In this document: piece by piece, positions 1-14,068 of the stretch
How positions within the stretch are numbered: position 1 is the stretch's first letter
Layout of the letters: the number at the start of each line of letters is the position of its first letter
Source of the DNA: Octopus vulgaris
Lineage: Eukaryota
Direction of reading: 5' to 3'
NCBI GenBank assembly: GCA_951406725.2
Contig: OX597822.1
Location: 77,252,001-77,316,000, forward strand
DNA length: 64,000 bases
Notes under the pieces: model-generated
Databases searched by the model: none
Seen by the model: only the letters and a program-made list of their open reading frames with translations
Told to the model about the DNA's origin: nothing
Program-made: the position numbers and the translations under genes

Positions 1-449
1 TTCTTTCAGTTTTATTTTGCGTTTCCAGGTTTTTCGACCTTTTCATATCTACTTCTTTCTCGCGTTTTCTCGCTTCTTCTCTCATCCTATCGTCCTATCG
101 TCCTATTTTTAGTTTGTTATGCCTTGTGGGCAGTACCTGAGGATTACGTTAAGACACCAAACGTGTTAAAGTATACTGCCTGGCATGCTTTCATCGTATG
201 AAACTAATAATTGCACATAAAAACATATATCATGTTTATTAAATTATAGACACGCACGCACGCGCGCATACACTCACTCGCACACACATAATGTGTTTGC
301 AAGTAATTTTACGCACCGAATTAAATCAAAGGTAGCCTATAAACTCTGCTAGAGTAAATATTTATTATCATAAACAGTTACAGTTAGTCACATTCTGTTA
401 TCGTGATGCCGTTTGAAAATTACTGTTGGCACATGACACATGAAAATAG

Positions 450-509
<60 letters not shown>

Positions 510-1361
510 GATTTCTGTTCAGTCAGGCGTCTATTTACAAACCCTGTGATTATTTATTCACAGGGTTTTTAATTTGTCTATATCAATTGTGGCGGATTTC
601 GTCTTAGCATGCTGTCAGTGAGTACGCATTACTGTTAATGTTCAACGAAATATTTCTAATGTAGAAATATAGTTAGCATTCTCACTCACCGTAGCTGGAA
701 CGAGTCCCGACTCCCTCTGATATATACCTACTGTATTTTTTAACACAGCACGACCATATAGGATATTATCTCCGGGTGAATGGCACCCCAGTAAGTTTTT
801 TTTCTATTTCAATGTATCTGCAATAAGTATGATACACAGATGTCTATTTTAATTTTTTTGCCAAAAAGGGCTTTTACCTGCAAACAAGAGACAAAACAAA
901 CAGATTTTATAAATATGTGGGGATGGACGAAACAACCTGACACAATGAATAAATTTTAAAATTTCATAAAATTTTAGGAAAATCTGGGATAAATATAGGA
1001 TTATATAAAAAGCATAATAGCTTGCATCCCAACTACATGGTTCTAGGTTCAGTCCCTCTACGTGACACCTTGGCAAATGTCTTCTACTGTAGCTCGAGCG
1101 CCGTCCAAAACATTGTGAGAGGATTTGGTAGACGGAATCTGAAAGTCCGTTATGTATATAATATATTCTTTTATTCGTTTCAGTCATTTGAGTGCAGCCA
1201 TGCTGCAGCACCACCTTTAGTCGAACACATCGACCCCAGGATTTATTCTTTGTAAACCTAGTACTTATTCTATCGGTTCTCTTTTGCCGAACCGCTAACT
1301 TACGGGGATGGGAATACATCAACATCTGTGTTGTCAAGTAATGGCGAGGACACACACACAC

Positions 1362-1397
<36 letters not shown>

Positions 1398-1640
1398 GCG
1401 CAGGAGTGGCTGTATGGTAAGAAGCTTGCTTACCGCCACATGGTTCCGGGTTCAGTCCAACTGCGTGACACCATGAGCAAGTGTCTTCTACTATAGCTTC
1501 GAGCCGACCAAAGCTTTGTGAGTGGATTTGGTGGCAGGCTTACAAAGAATAAGTCCTGGGGTCGATTTGTTTGACTAAAGGCGGTGCTCCAGCATGGCCA
1601 CAGTTAAATGACTGAAAAAAGTAAAAGAATAAAAGAATAA
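1398..1640 (+). mobile_element. tRNA-derived SINE family A, internally deleted copy (adjacent partial copies at 1018-1160 + and 1166-1350 -)
   Basis: Head gcaggagtggctgtatgg...ggttccgggttcagtcc with A/B-box-like motifs; CORE-like ccatgagcaagtgtcttctactatagc; tail gcatggccacagttaaatgactgaaa. Many other copies in the window. Confidence 0.85.
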
Positions 1641-1647
1641 CCTTAAA

Positions 1648-2035
1648 AAGGTGGTGGGAGCTAGCAGAAACGCTAGTACGCCGGGCGAAATGCTTAGCGG
1701 TATTTTGTCTGCCGTTACGTTCTGAATTCAAATTCCGCCTTTCATCTTTTCGGGGTCGATTAAATAACTACCAGTTACGCACTCGGGTCGATATAATCGA
1801 CTTAATCTGTTTGTCTGTCCTTGTTTGTCCTCTCTGTGTTTAGCCCCTTGTGGGTAGTAAAGAAATAGGTATTTCGTTTACTGCTACGTTCTGAGTTCAA
1901 ATTCCGCAGAGGTCAATTTTGCCTTTCATCCTTTTGGGGTCGATAAATTAAGTACCAGTTCCGTACTGGGGTCGATCTAATCGACTGGTCCCCCTCCCGC
2001 AAAATTTCGGGCCTTGTGCCTAAAGTAGAAAAGAA
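1648..2035 (+). mobile_element. SINE family B, dimeric form
   Basis: Head aggtggtgggagctagcagaaacgctag; two copies of gcctttcatcct(t)tcggggtcgat...taccagtt (resembles the Meta/MESC central domain, from memory); tail aaatttcgggccttgtgcctaaagtagaaaag. Matches 32927-33320. Confidence 0.85.
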
Positions 2036-2099
2036 ACGAATAATCTCAAAATATGAAAACCATGAGCGTAACTACCATCCCATACTTACACGTATAACA

Positions 2100-3550
2100 T
2101 GCTCAGAAACACGAGTAAGAACCTATCAGCTAGGTCTGAGTACCCATGACTCAGCTTGCCTATTGTTCCTCTTTTTTGTTTTTTAATCGGCTAACTTAAA
2201 GGCTCCTGCAACCATTTTCTGCTTTTTTCATGATAAAAAGCATTTATTGTCCTCATTCTCGTTCTGATAAGTGATTCGTGTGGATCTCACCTAGTCCTAT
2301 CGTTCACCTGTCTCTTGCAAATCGGCTCTAAATATTCCTTGTCATACCAGCACATCATTTTCGCTATCAAGTTCGTAAAAGCAAGGCCTTGACCTAAAGA
2401 ATATGTTTCTAATTCGCAAGATAATAAACTTCGTGTTATTCCGTAAAGTGGATCTTCGTGTTGTTTTAATTGTCAGCCTGATTTTCTTCTCTTTTCACAA
2501 TATCTCTGCAACGGCCAGCTATTTTTCTTAAATTTGCATCAACTTCCTATTGTCACAAGTGGTTGCGATGGTACAAACGGGATAAGAGCTTCCATATCTT
2601 GAGCTTTTAGCAACGAGGATAAGACGACTGCACGGCCATTTTGGGAGCTTTGATTGACAGTGATGTTGGGACAGTCTCTTTGAATTACTGCTATTTTTAT
2701 TTGTTTCTACTGCTGTTTCTTGCTGTGATTTTCTAGTACCTCAGGGCAGAAAGCCCCAAAGTTTTTCTTATGACTACACGTGTGTAGCTGCAAGGCCTTC
2801 TTCGCAACAGCATCAGTCTTATTGCTTTTATTTTTTCACCCACAAAGTTCCAGGAATAGCTTTATGGTCTTCATGGGTCATTAGGACTTATACATCCACA
2901 CTGATCTCTATCCTCTATTCCTTTATTATCCCCATTCTGTTAAGCCTATAGACAGGTGTGTTTCATAATATATCAACTTGTGGTTTCGCCTCGCTTCGGC
3001 CTTCAAGACCAAACAAATACTCCCGTACTTCCTGCTACGATCGAAAAAAACTGCATTTATTCAAACATCGACGAAGACCTCCTTCAAACATTCACTGGGG
3101 AGTGGGGAGTAAACTGTGAACTGTCTTCCTTCGTTTGTGAAGTAGAAGTGGGTTACTTACTTCCTCTTCCGTTCCTGCCTAAGAGATTCAGGTAAGGAAG
3201 CATTTGATTCTGTCACATATTTGTACTGCGTCATCTTATTCTCTACAAGTAGACTCATATACTGAATTTCTTCGCTGCTGGTAACTGAAGCTTAAGTAGA
3301 ATTTCTGAAGTTGTTGCTATTTTTTTTTTCTGTTAGAATTTGTCTTATATTATTTTTGTATGTCAAGGTGTGACATGTATTCACTAGTGAAAAATTACAT
3401 TTTTTTCTCGTCTGTTATTTGAAGTACAAATATCAATTTCCTTGTTTACAAAACTTGCACTTCTTTTTGTTCTTTGCTTGACTGTCAGAAGAGAAAGCTG
3501 TTTGGCGAAGTGAATCATGTTTTTCCTAAACCGGGAAACAAAATATAACG
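2100..3550 (-). mobile_element. Highly decayed LINE remnant, RTE-like
   Basis: Scattered minus-strand similarity to RTE endonuclease and RT C-terminal motifs; no intact ORF; boundaries approximate. Confidence 0.3.
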
Positions 3551-4790
3551 GTAATAAAACCAACATCTTCATGAACGTAGTTCACGCAAAAAAAAAAAAA
3601 AAAGAAATCTGCTTCCATTTTTCTTTTTTTAATCACACGAGTAATACGATACACGTTTTACTGAAGCAAGAAACAAAAGTCAATACAACAATAATAATAA
3701 CTGTTATCCTACTAAACTGATCTTACTAAACTGTGTACTCGACAAAATTAAAAATAAACAACGCGCATGCATATATATATGTGCGTGTGTGTACAATTGT
3801 ACTTGTTGACTACAGCATTAGAGTATTTTAGCTCCTATTTCTAGCAATGTAGGTGTTTCTAACGCCCTAGTCACATTTGGTAAAACCTTGCAAACTGCTG
3901 TATATTTCAAATTTATATAGATATATACACATATATAGAAACATATATAGGGTTAGACAAACGTCACTCGACAGTAAATCAACGCCCATTTAATTCCAAT
4001 ATTAAAACAAAAAAATTATTTCATATGAGACTTCGGTAATAAATAGGCAAATATTGAAAAAAAAGAACGGTAATTTTAACTCACAGTATTCAATTATTAA
4101 ACATTCATAATTGGAACGAATAAAAAATAAATATTAAGTATTTATGGAATTTTGATTTACTGTCGGGTGATTTTTGGCGAAATAGGGAGTAATAAGCAGT
4201 CGACAACTGAGGAGGAGTTAGACTTCTTTTGGTTTTGTTTTTTTTTGTCCCATACTTGTCTCTCGTTATGTGTTTACGTATTTTTTACTCGTTGGTGACG
4301 TCCTGTACTTATTGTGTATCGTTTGTTATTTTGACCTGTACTTATCTCTCGTGTGTGTTTACGTGTTTCTCGCTCGTTGGTGATTTCCTGTACGTAATGT
4401 GTATTTTTTATTTATTTATAATCGAACGCCACGCAGCCTTGTCCACAGCAAGTTCTTACATTTATATATATATATATATATATATATAATTATTATTTGA
4501 GGGAATAAAATCCAAACTTACAAGGAAAAAGAATTCAATTTAGAAATACTAAATTAAATTCCACACAATATAATATATATAAAATATTAGAAAAAAACTA
4601 CCTTTTATCAATTCAAAATGAATAATTTAATTACACCATCTAGAAAATGACATATAATAGAAAAGTTAAAATTAAAATAACAATTAAAAAGTAAAGATTA
4701 AGTAAATTTCAAGAATAATGTAATGTATAAATTAGGTAGAAAAACAATTTAATTATTCATTTTGAATTGATAAAAGGTGGGTTTTTTCTA

Positions 4791-4850
<60 letters not shown>

Positions 4851-4851
4851 T

Positions 4852-4852
<1 letters not shown>

Positions 4853-4938
<86 letters not shown>
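4853..4938 (+). repeat. (GATA)n microsatellite preceded by (TA)n
   Basis: Direct reading. Similar arrays at 8637-8721, 12885-12982, 17906-18040 and 26400-26515. Confidence 0.95.
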
Positions 4939-6125
4939 TACTTGCCTATATGAACCAATATACAGTTGATGTATATTTATGCGTATAAATATATGTACAT
5001 GCCTATACTCACACTCACACATGCATGTATATGTGTATGGCAGAAAGAATGTGTGTTCGTGTATCTTTGCGTATACGTGTTTATATAAGACTGGAAAATA
5101 TCATTGAACAAAGAGTGTTAACTAAATGAACCTGTGTATGATTTGGTTTGTGCAATCATAGCAGAAAATTGTAGAATAGAGAGGACTCTTTAATACTACA
5201 ATTGATTTCCGGCGCCATTTCATTAGTGGCAGACGACACGACAAAATTAAACTTCCAATCTCATTCGGAACTGAACTGGCTCTTACTTATGACCTGCCTG
5301 AACCCTAGATTGCTTTTGGACTTCACACAGATGCATCTAAATTTTGCCATTTTCGCTTAACAAGAGAGAAAAGAGGTTAAGAAGAGAACGAAGACAACAG
5401 ATTAGCTGAAAGACACAGCCAGTGGGCGAGAGAAGGAGAGAGAGAGAGAGAGATAGGGAAGAAGAGACGGAGAGAGCGAGAGAGAGAAAAGCAGATAATA
5501 TGGCAGACTAATATATAAAGACGGAAGGACACAGACGGTGAGAGAGAGGGAGATGCGGGGTGGGAGCGATAAAATTGTAGGATTGTAGAGATGGTGAGAG
5601 ACATAGCGCAATAAAGAATTAGGAAGAAGTCAGGCAGACAATAAAAGCGGTTGAGAAACAGACAATAAGGTAAGAGACAGAGTACGTGAGAGAGACTGTG
5701 ATGATAGAGTCGAGAGATATATGCAACCAAAGTGGTAGACAAACGGCATCGAGAGGGAGTGTGTGAGGAGAAAGAGAAAGCGTAATTAAGGAGAGAGAGC
5801 GAAGGGAAGCGAGAGAGAGCGAAGGGAAGCGAGAGAGAGCGAAGGGAAGCGAGAGAGAGTGTGTGCATAGAGAGGCAGAGACAGACAGACAGAGTACCGA
5901 AGGAAAGAGTGGAGGGAATGGAGAGGAGACAAAGAGGGGGGAGAAAAAGAGAAAGGGGTTTCGGTGACAGAGAAAATGAGACACAGAAAGATGGCTAAAC
6001 AGTTCGAGAGGCAAAAGAATAAGAAATAAGAAAAGTGTCAGGAAGAAAGACTGAGCTAATTGTAGAATCATTAACCTCTGTTTCGTACCATTTTTATCAA
6101 TATATATATATATATATATATATAC

Positions 6126-6156
<31 letters not shown>

Positions 6157-6989
6157 TGTATGTATGTATGTATGTATGTATGCATTATGTATGTATGTAT
6201 TTGTGAGTGATTTAATTCTCATTTTTTAGTTGTTTAGCCCCAATGTCAGAGTGGGCGGCTGGAAAGACACTTCTGACAACCATTTTGAAAAACGATGTCC
6301 AACGAACAAAATGAAAAAGAGAGACTGTTATTAAAAGTGAATTGAATGGAAAACTAACGGTGTAAGAAGGAGAGACGTATGGCAGCTGAAATATTGTGTT
6401 AGGGGTGAGGTGAGCAAAAAGAACTGAAGAACTAAAGAGACTGGTGAGAAGGAACGACGAAGGGGAAAAGAGTTGGGGAAAAGAAGAGGAGAAGGGAGAG
6501 GAGGAGCGTGAAAGGCACGAGATATTGAATGAAAGGACATAGAAGAAATGTAATGGGGAATGGATGGAGGATAAAGGGAAGGCGTAGAAACAAGAATTTG
6601 GAAAGTGATTTGGCGAAGCAGTAAAACGAAAGGAATATGGAATCAGGAGGAGATGAAAGCAATCAGTTAAAAGTCGGTAATTATGAAATCTTTATGAAGT
6701 CGTCACATAGCACACGGCAAATTTTCTTAGTTGACTCCGCCATTTCGTGGTGGAAAGTGATTCCGAGAAAATTTTCCACTCGGTTAACTGTAGTAAGAAG
6801 AAGATAGCTCTAATAATAATCTCGTCAAAAACCTAATTAAACTGTGCAATTTCACTTCGCTTGTATACAGCTTCTAGCAAAAATTTGTGAAGGAGCGGGA
6901 AGTGGATGAAGAGATGTGCAAGACGCTGATAGTTATTCTAAGACAAGTAAGTAGTTGAACAACTACCATAAGTACTTACTACACTCCAC

Positions 6990-7045
<56 letters not shown>

Positions 7046-8462
7046 AATAATCGGTCGTAACAATAAAATCAAATACTAGCGACTAGTAGTGAGTTACCAT
7101 TGGTTGCACCACAAATTTATGAGTTTGTATGATGCTAATACAGAGTCACTATGTGTGTATGTATGTGTGAAAGATCTGTGTGCGAGTGTGTGTGTGTGTG
7201 TGCACAAGAGAGAGAGAAAGCATTATACACTTTATTTGTGGATTGACAAATAATGAAGAGTATTCATCCAACACACGCAGTGTTGAACACTCATTATCAC
7301 TGTTCGATACTATATATATATATTTATATATATATATATATATAGGATGAGAAAAACAGATATATAGCAAGCTAGCTAGATAAATAGATACATACATACA
7401 TACATACATACATACCAATCTTGCCTATATCATACATACATACTCGCCCATAACATACGTACATACATACTTACATACCAATACATGCCTAAATATCAAT
7501 CTTGAGAAATTAGGCTTCTCGAAACCAGAAAAGAGGAAGCTAATTCGAAGACTACATATCCAATCCATCCCTGGAACTGTAAAAATCTGTAAAACTTTCC
7601 AGAAGTTTATCATTTAAGTATATATGAGCATGTCTAGATATGCAAACCTGTTGTTGATGTTGAAATTCCAATGAAGGAGCCTTGGATCTAGGTTAGAAAC
7701 CGGATCTTTATTGGCAAGAAATCTTAAAATAAACTGAATAATGACATACATACATACATACATACATACATACATACATACATACATAAAGAAACAGACA
7801 GATCATACACAATGTGTTCTAGTTCAGTATATGACTATTTAATCATGTTTTTCTTCTTAAACTCTATTGAAGAAATATTTGAAATATCTACAGTTTGATC
7901 TTAAGCAAAATGTTCGTGTCAGAAGAATTTAATCTAACCAAATTTTTAAGTCTTCAAGGCATACCAATACAAAACTACTCAATTGTCGAGGAATCAAAGC
8001 TTGCGATATTATCTAGGAATTTCTAGATGATTCCTTCTAAACTAAACTAGAAACTACAGAGTAGAGTTAACAAAATAAATGCTTCATTACGAGAAAACTG
8101 GGAAAAATTCCGAACTTGTCTAATTAGCAAGGCACCATTGCAGTTTTTATTCTGGAAATATTTTGGCGATTGTATTAACTGGTATACATACATACATACA
8201 TACATACATACATACATACATACATACATACATACATACGTACATACATACAAGCATGCATATATATATATATATACGTATGTTTGCATGTATGTATGTA
8301 TGTGTATGTGTATATGAATATATACACTATACATACATAGATGTGTGTTTGAGTGAACGTATGTACATATACATATATATATATATAACATGTACATGAA
8401 AGAAGTGTATGTATATATATATATACATATATACATATATATGCATATATATGTATATATGT

Positions 8463-8499
<37 letters not shown>

Positions 8500-8636
8500 A
8501 GTATTTATATATATATATATATAAGTATTTATATATATATATATATATAAGTATTTATATATCTATATATGTGTGTGTATGTATACATGTATGTGTTGTG
8601 AGGGTGCGTGCGTGTATCTATGTAGCTAGCTAAATT

Positions 8637-8734
<98 letters not shown>

Positions 8735-8920
8735 AGCCGTGTACGTGAAAACAAATGAATATATGAGCGCCTGTGGCGAGCGGCTTACGTAAATGTTCGC
8801 CCGAAATATCCACATATATAATGAAACACGACGACGACTGCGCATAACTGACGCTTACTTAACTATCTGCTTCTTCAATTCCGTACAACATCGATATGTA
8901 CATACGCACATACATACACA

Positions 8921-9216
8921 AGCATGGTGGTTAAGGCATTTGGCTCCCGATCGTAAAGTCGTGAGTTCAATTCCCGACGACGCGTTGTGTCCTTGAGCAA
9001 GTCACTTTATTTCACGTTACTGCAAAAATGAGCAGTACCTGTATTTCAAAAGGGCCAGACTTGTCACACTCTATGTGACGTTGAATCTTTCTGATAACTA
9101 CATTAAGGTCACACGTGTCTGTGGAGCACTCAGCCACTTGCACGTCAATTTCACGAGCAAGCTGTTCCGTTGATTGGATCAACTGAAACCCACGTCGTCG
9201 TAACCGAAGGAGTACC
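8921..9216 (+). mobile_element. tRNA-derived CORE-type SINE (family C variant)
   Basis: tggtggttaagg...gagttcaattccc head; CORE-like ttgtgtccttgagcaagtcacttt; 3' tail shared with the 14069-14455 element. Confidence 0.8.
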
Positions 9217-9239
9217 GGTATATATATGTACGTGTGTGT

Positions 9240-9312
<73 letters not shown>

Positions 9313-9322
9313 CAGATAGATC

Positions 9323-9380
<58 letters not shown>

Positions 9381-9443
9381 CAGATAGACAGACAGACAGA
9401 CAGATAGATAGATAGATAGATAGATAGATATATATATATATAT

Positions 9444-9502
<59 letters not shown>

Positions 9503-9503
<1 letters not shown>

Positions 9504-10512
9504 GTTTCTTTATTGGCCACACAGGGCTGCACACAGATGGGACAAGTTACAAGGTAGAGCTTTTCTTTTGGGGGATGAAAAAACAAAAAACAAAAGAAAA
9601 AAAAAGGGGTTGCGTAGGTTTTCGATTAAGAGGGATCGTAAAAGGGAAGAAAAGAACAAAAAAAAAAGAAAAAGAATAAAAAAAGATAAAGAAAAGGAAA
9701 AGGAACAAAAGAAAAGAGAAATGAAAAAAGAAGAAAAAAGGGGGAAAAAGGGGAAGAGGAAAAAAGAACGATCAATAGGGATCGTGTATCACAGTGTTAT
9801 GATATATGGGAAGAAAAGCCTACGAAAAAGACCACGGTAACCTTGGTCAATATTGTTATATGTTACCACATTTGTTTGCAAGTGGGTAACCCTCTGTTTT
9901 CAATTTCTGGGTTCATAGGATTATGCTCAAGGTGGCTTCGTCATTCATACGTGCCATCCTTGCTACATTCACCCATCTTTTTTTAAAACATTCGCTAGAC
10001 AAAACTTGCCTCTCTACTCTCACTTTCCTTTTCAAGTGGTACTTGAAGAAGTTGATGAGAGATTGACCAGAGAGGAAAGTGTTTGTCTCCAATCCTTTCA
10101 GACGCGTCCACCAGATACATTCTTTCGCCATAGCCACAAGGATGATGAAAATAGCTCTTCCTTCCCGTTTGAAGGAAGGAGGCGTGACAATATTGACGAT
10201 AGACTCAGCTGATAAACCGACTCGTCCCACACGTGACAGCAGTTGTTCGACACAAACCCACAGGTCGGAAATTGTTGGACACTGCACGAGTGCGTGCAGA
10301 ACGGTTTCGTCGCTCTGACCGCATCTCGGGCAGGTCGGCCCCGTGTTTCTCGAGCCGTGTCTGTAGAGCTTATCCCGAACGGGTAGCGCTTCTCGGTAAC
10401 ACTGCCAGGCCAGGGATCTCTGGAAGTTGTCCATGGGCCCTGGCCCGAAAGTCATCCTGAACAGGCGGGTCAGGTACTCCTCGTCGACGTCCAGGTTCGC
10501 CCCGAGCTCGTC
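9503..10512 (-). mobile_element. 5'-truncated Tx1/L1-type non-LTR retrotransposon (ORF2 C-terminus with zf-RVT zinc finger plus 3' UTR) inside a (GATA)n array
   Basis: Open frame 10512-9913 encodes FQRSLAWQCYREALPVRDKL...CPRCGQSDETVLHALVQCP...W (CX2CX8HX4C); about 410-nt 3' UTR ending AATAAAGAAACT then (TATC)n. Confidence 0.88.
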
Positions 10513-10597
<85 letters not shown>

Positions 10598-10847
10598 TAA
10601 CAGTATATAATATATATCATAATGATATTTATTCTCCAATTTGAAGCGACAATTTTTAAATATAAACAAATGACTGAAAATGAGCTAACCTCAGACTGAA
10701 TCAAACTCACAAATCAACGCTTTCATGGCTCCTTGCGAATCTGATTGGCCAAACGCTCCACCCATCAATTTCAGTCAAATTTAGTTAATATATACTTCAA
10801 CTGGCTTGATACTACATAAACAATATTTTATATATATATATTCAAAA

Positions 10848-11045
10848 TGTGACCGCTTGTGTACCGTTGGCGATTTTTTTTCCTCTTTCTTCCCTTCTCT
10901 GGATCTTTCCTTCTCCTATGTTTCCGACGAAGAGCTCCGCTCGAAACGTTAAACCCTCCTTCTTTCCTGAGCGTCCAATAATACTATATTTGTTCCACGT
11001 CCTCGCGTTGTTATGTTTTTTTGTGCTTTCTTGTTTCGATTAACT
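10848..11045 (+). mobile_element. Short (TA)n-embedded repeat with hammerhead-like motif (Penelope-like terminal fragment)
   Basis: gttt-CCGACGA-a-gagc(tcc)gctc-GAAA-cg-tt-aaac at 10920-10954; flanked by TA runs. Confidence 0.55.
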
Positions 11046-11053
11046 ATATATAT

Positions 11054-11121
<68 letters not shown>

Positions 11122-12266
11122 GTGTAACCTTGATTTGAACGCGGAAATCGTTGATGTTGCATATATGAGGAAGCAAGAGTTTTATCTGGAAAGGTGTATT
11201 AATGAAAAAGACTGTTTTGTTTTCGTAGAAGACGTCTTTGCCAGTGCAATGATTAAGTGCACAGGAGTGTGAATCATAATAACCAGTGTGGCTGTTTAAT
11301 TATATTAATATAAACGGCCATTCGAAAACGCATTAACATCGTTAAGAAGAAACTTCGCTGTCAGGCATTTAGTCTTTTTGTTAGCTTTATCAGCACCCAA
11401 GTAATTGACTATGTCAGACAATTGAATTGCATTACTTCACTATTGATACATGGAAAACATAATTGAGGTTAGACACTAGAGGAAATTATATATATATATT
11501 TTTTTTTCTGTGATTATGAAATTATTTTCCTTTTTCTTTTTTTATTTCTTATCTGCTATCTTTTACTTGTTTCGATCATTGGACTGCAACCATGCAAGAG
11601 GACACTGTGTTGAAGGTCTTTTTTATCGTACAAATCTACCCCAGACCTTTTTGTTTTGTTTTGTTTTTTTCAAAGTTTGGTACTAATTCTTTCGGTTTCT
11701 TTTACCGAACCACTAAATTGCAGGAACATAAACAATCCAACACCGGTTGTCAAGCGGTGTGAGAAGACAATCACAACATCAGACACGCATGTGAGGGTGG
11801 ATGGGTTGGTGTGGAGTGTAAACTACGAAGTAGAGATACAAACATAGCAAATTCAATTATTTCTCCATCTATTGAAAAATAGATAATGAACAGCCTTCAT
11901 CGATTTTCGAACTTTACCGAGTTCTTTTGAGACTTGTCTACTCCATTTGACAAATCACAAAGAAATAAGCAACCAATCTCAGCCCTGTAGCTACAAAGAC
12001 CTAGGGCAACTAATTTTCATACCATAAATGTTTATACGTTTTATTTGATATGAGCGGCTTGTCAATGGGAATCTCAGTCCACACGGTATTAAGGTATGAT
12101 AAATGTAAACCTACGCAGTAGAAACACAAACATAGCAAATTTAACTATTTTCCTGTAGACTGGAAAACAATGATGAACTGCATCAATGGATTTCCAACCT
12201 TATTGACTTATCATCAGTGGTGACTACATAACTGATACATATACAGTACATACACACACACACACA

Positions 12267-12577
12267 CACGTAAAAAGCACCATCCGATCGTGGCCGTTGC
12301 CAGCCTCGTCTGGTCTCCGTGCCGGTGGCACGTAAAACGCACCATCCGATCGTGGCCGTTTGCCAGCCTCGTCTGGCACCTGTGCCGGTGGCACGTAAAA
12401 AGCACCCATTACACTCACGGAGTGGTTGGCGTTAGGAAGGGCATCCAGCTGTAGAAACACTGCCAGATCAGACTGGGCCTGGTGCAGCCTTCTGGCTTTC
12501 CAGACCCCAGTTGAACCGTCCAACCCATGCTAGCATGGAAAGCGGACGTTAAACGATGATGATGATGATGATGATGA
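12267..12577 (+). mobile_element. SINE-like element (3' part) with internal ~63-bp tandem duplication and (GAT)n tail
   Basis: Repeated cacgtaaaaagcaccatccgatcgtggccgtt...gtgccggtgg; ggcgttaggaagggcatccagctgtagaaac; ends ggacgttaaac(gat)n. Confidence 0.75.
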
Positions 12578-12884
12578 TATATATATATATATATATATAT
12601 ATTATTAGTGAATTGAAGAAATGGAGTTGAACGAAGATTGAACAGAATTCCTTTTATTGCATTCTACACAATTCACTAATAATATTAAAATTCAATTATC
12701 CGCACCAACGCACGGTTGCAACACCAAATGGTTTTATCTCCAACCGTGCTTTCTTCTGCTGTGATTTTTGCTACCAAGGTATCGGTTAAACTTTTGATTA
12801 ATCTGCAACAAGATTATTCATCTTTCTATTTTACCAAACATATATATATATATATAATTATATAGCCATATAGATTAGATTAGG

Positions 12885-12982
<98 letters not shown>

Positions 12983-13444
12983 CTCACACATATGCATATA
13001 TAACAATACAAGTCATAAACCGTCTACTATTATAGTCTACTATAATGAATCCCTAAATACATATAAAACATCCAATGGTATAGTTTTCCCCCTCTGAAGA
13101 TATCATGCTCAGGACATATAAATTTAATATTTACTGGGTATTAATTGAAACGGTTATAAGGGATGAGGATTAAATTGCTGTTAATAATAAACAATTATTA
13201 ACTTCCTAATCTCCATTTTCCTTTTCTTCTCTTAGTTGGACGGAACCCGAATCCACGTGGTTGTCAAGCAAGCTCCCGAACCACACTGCCCTGCCCTGCG
13301 CCTTTTTATACTCTAAGTTCTAAATATTGCTCATATATATTCCAGCTTAACATTAAATTACATAAAACAATCTTAGTTTCACTTTCTTAGCGACAAATAT
13401 CCTTCATCGTACTTGCCGGAATTAATGAGAGATTCATTGCGTGT

Positions 13445-13625
13445 TATTATTGGTTTCAAATTTTGGTACAAGGCCAGCAATTTCGTGAGAGAGGATAAGT
13501 TGATGACTGGTACTTATTTTATCGACTTCGAAAGGATGAAAGGCAAAGTCAACCTCAATGAAATCTGAATTCAGAGGGTAAAGACAGACGACATGCTGCT
13601 AGGCATTCTGCCAGCTCGCCGCCTT
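13445..13625 (-). mobile_element. SINE family B, diverged monomer
   Basis: Reverse complement of the family B head, central domain and tail. Confidence 0.75.
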
Positions 13626-14068
13626 ATGACGTACAATTATTAACGTAAAGAAATCGAACGAATTACAAAAATACTGTATTTTCTTATGTATATGATGCGC
13701 TTTGTTTTTGGTTTTTTTTTTTTTTGATTTTTTTTCTAATGCTTAAAAAGAATTATCCCGCGTCTCATGCGGTCGTGTTATGGGCTAGAGAGCCAAATGA
13801 ATCTGCAAGATTGTTCCAAATAAGATATGGAAAGCGAGCCAAATTATTACAGACGTTGGCAGTTATGTGGTCTAGTCTCATCATCTCATTATACATCCTT
13901 CCCCAGCATCCATAACCCACACCTGATGTGTCTTACATTATTTAATGGTTGCGTTACCTTTGAGAGACATTTTAAAAATTATATAAATGGAAGTTCTCCT
14001 TGAAAAATTAACGGAATGTTAAGCCTATCAGTTATTTTGAAATGACAACAAAACCATAATGTTGGTGT

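Noticed and set aside
849-1439. 196-aa minus-strand ORF
   Set aside because: Runs through SINE pieces and microsatellites; no domain signal.
10513-10710. N-terminal part of the 265-aa ORF 9913-10710
   Set aside because: YLSI repeats are translated (TATC)n; only the part below 10512 is LINE-derived.
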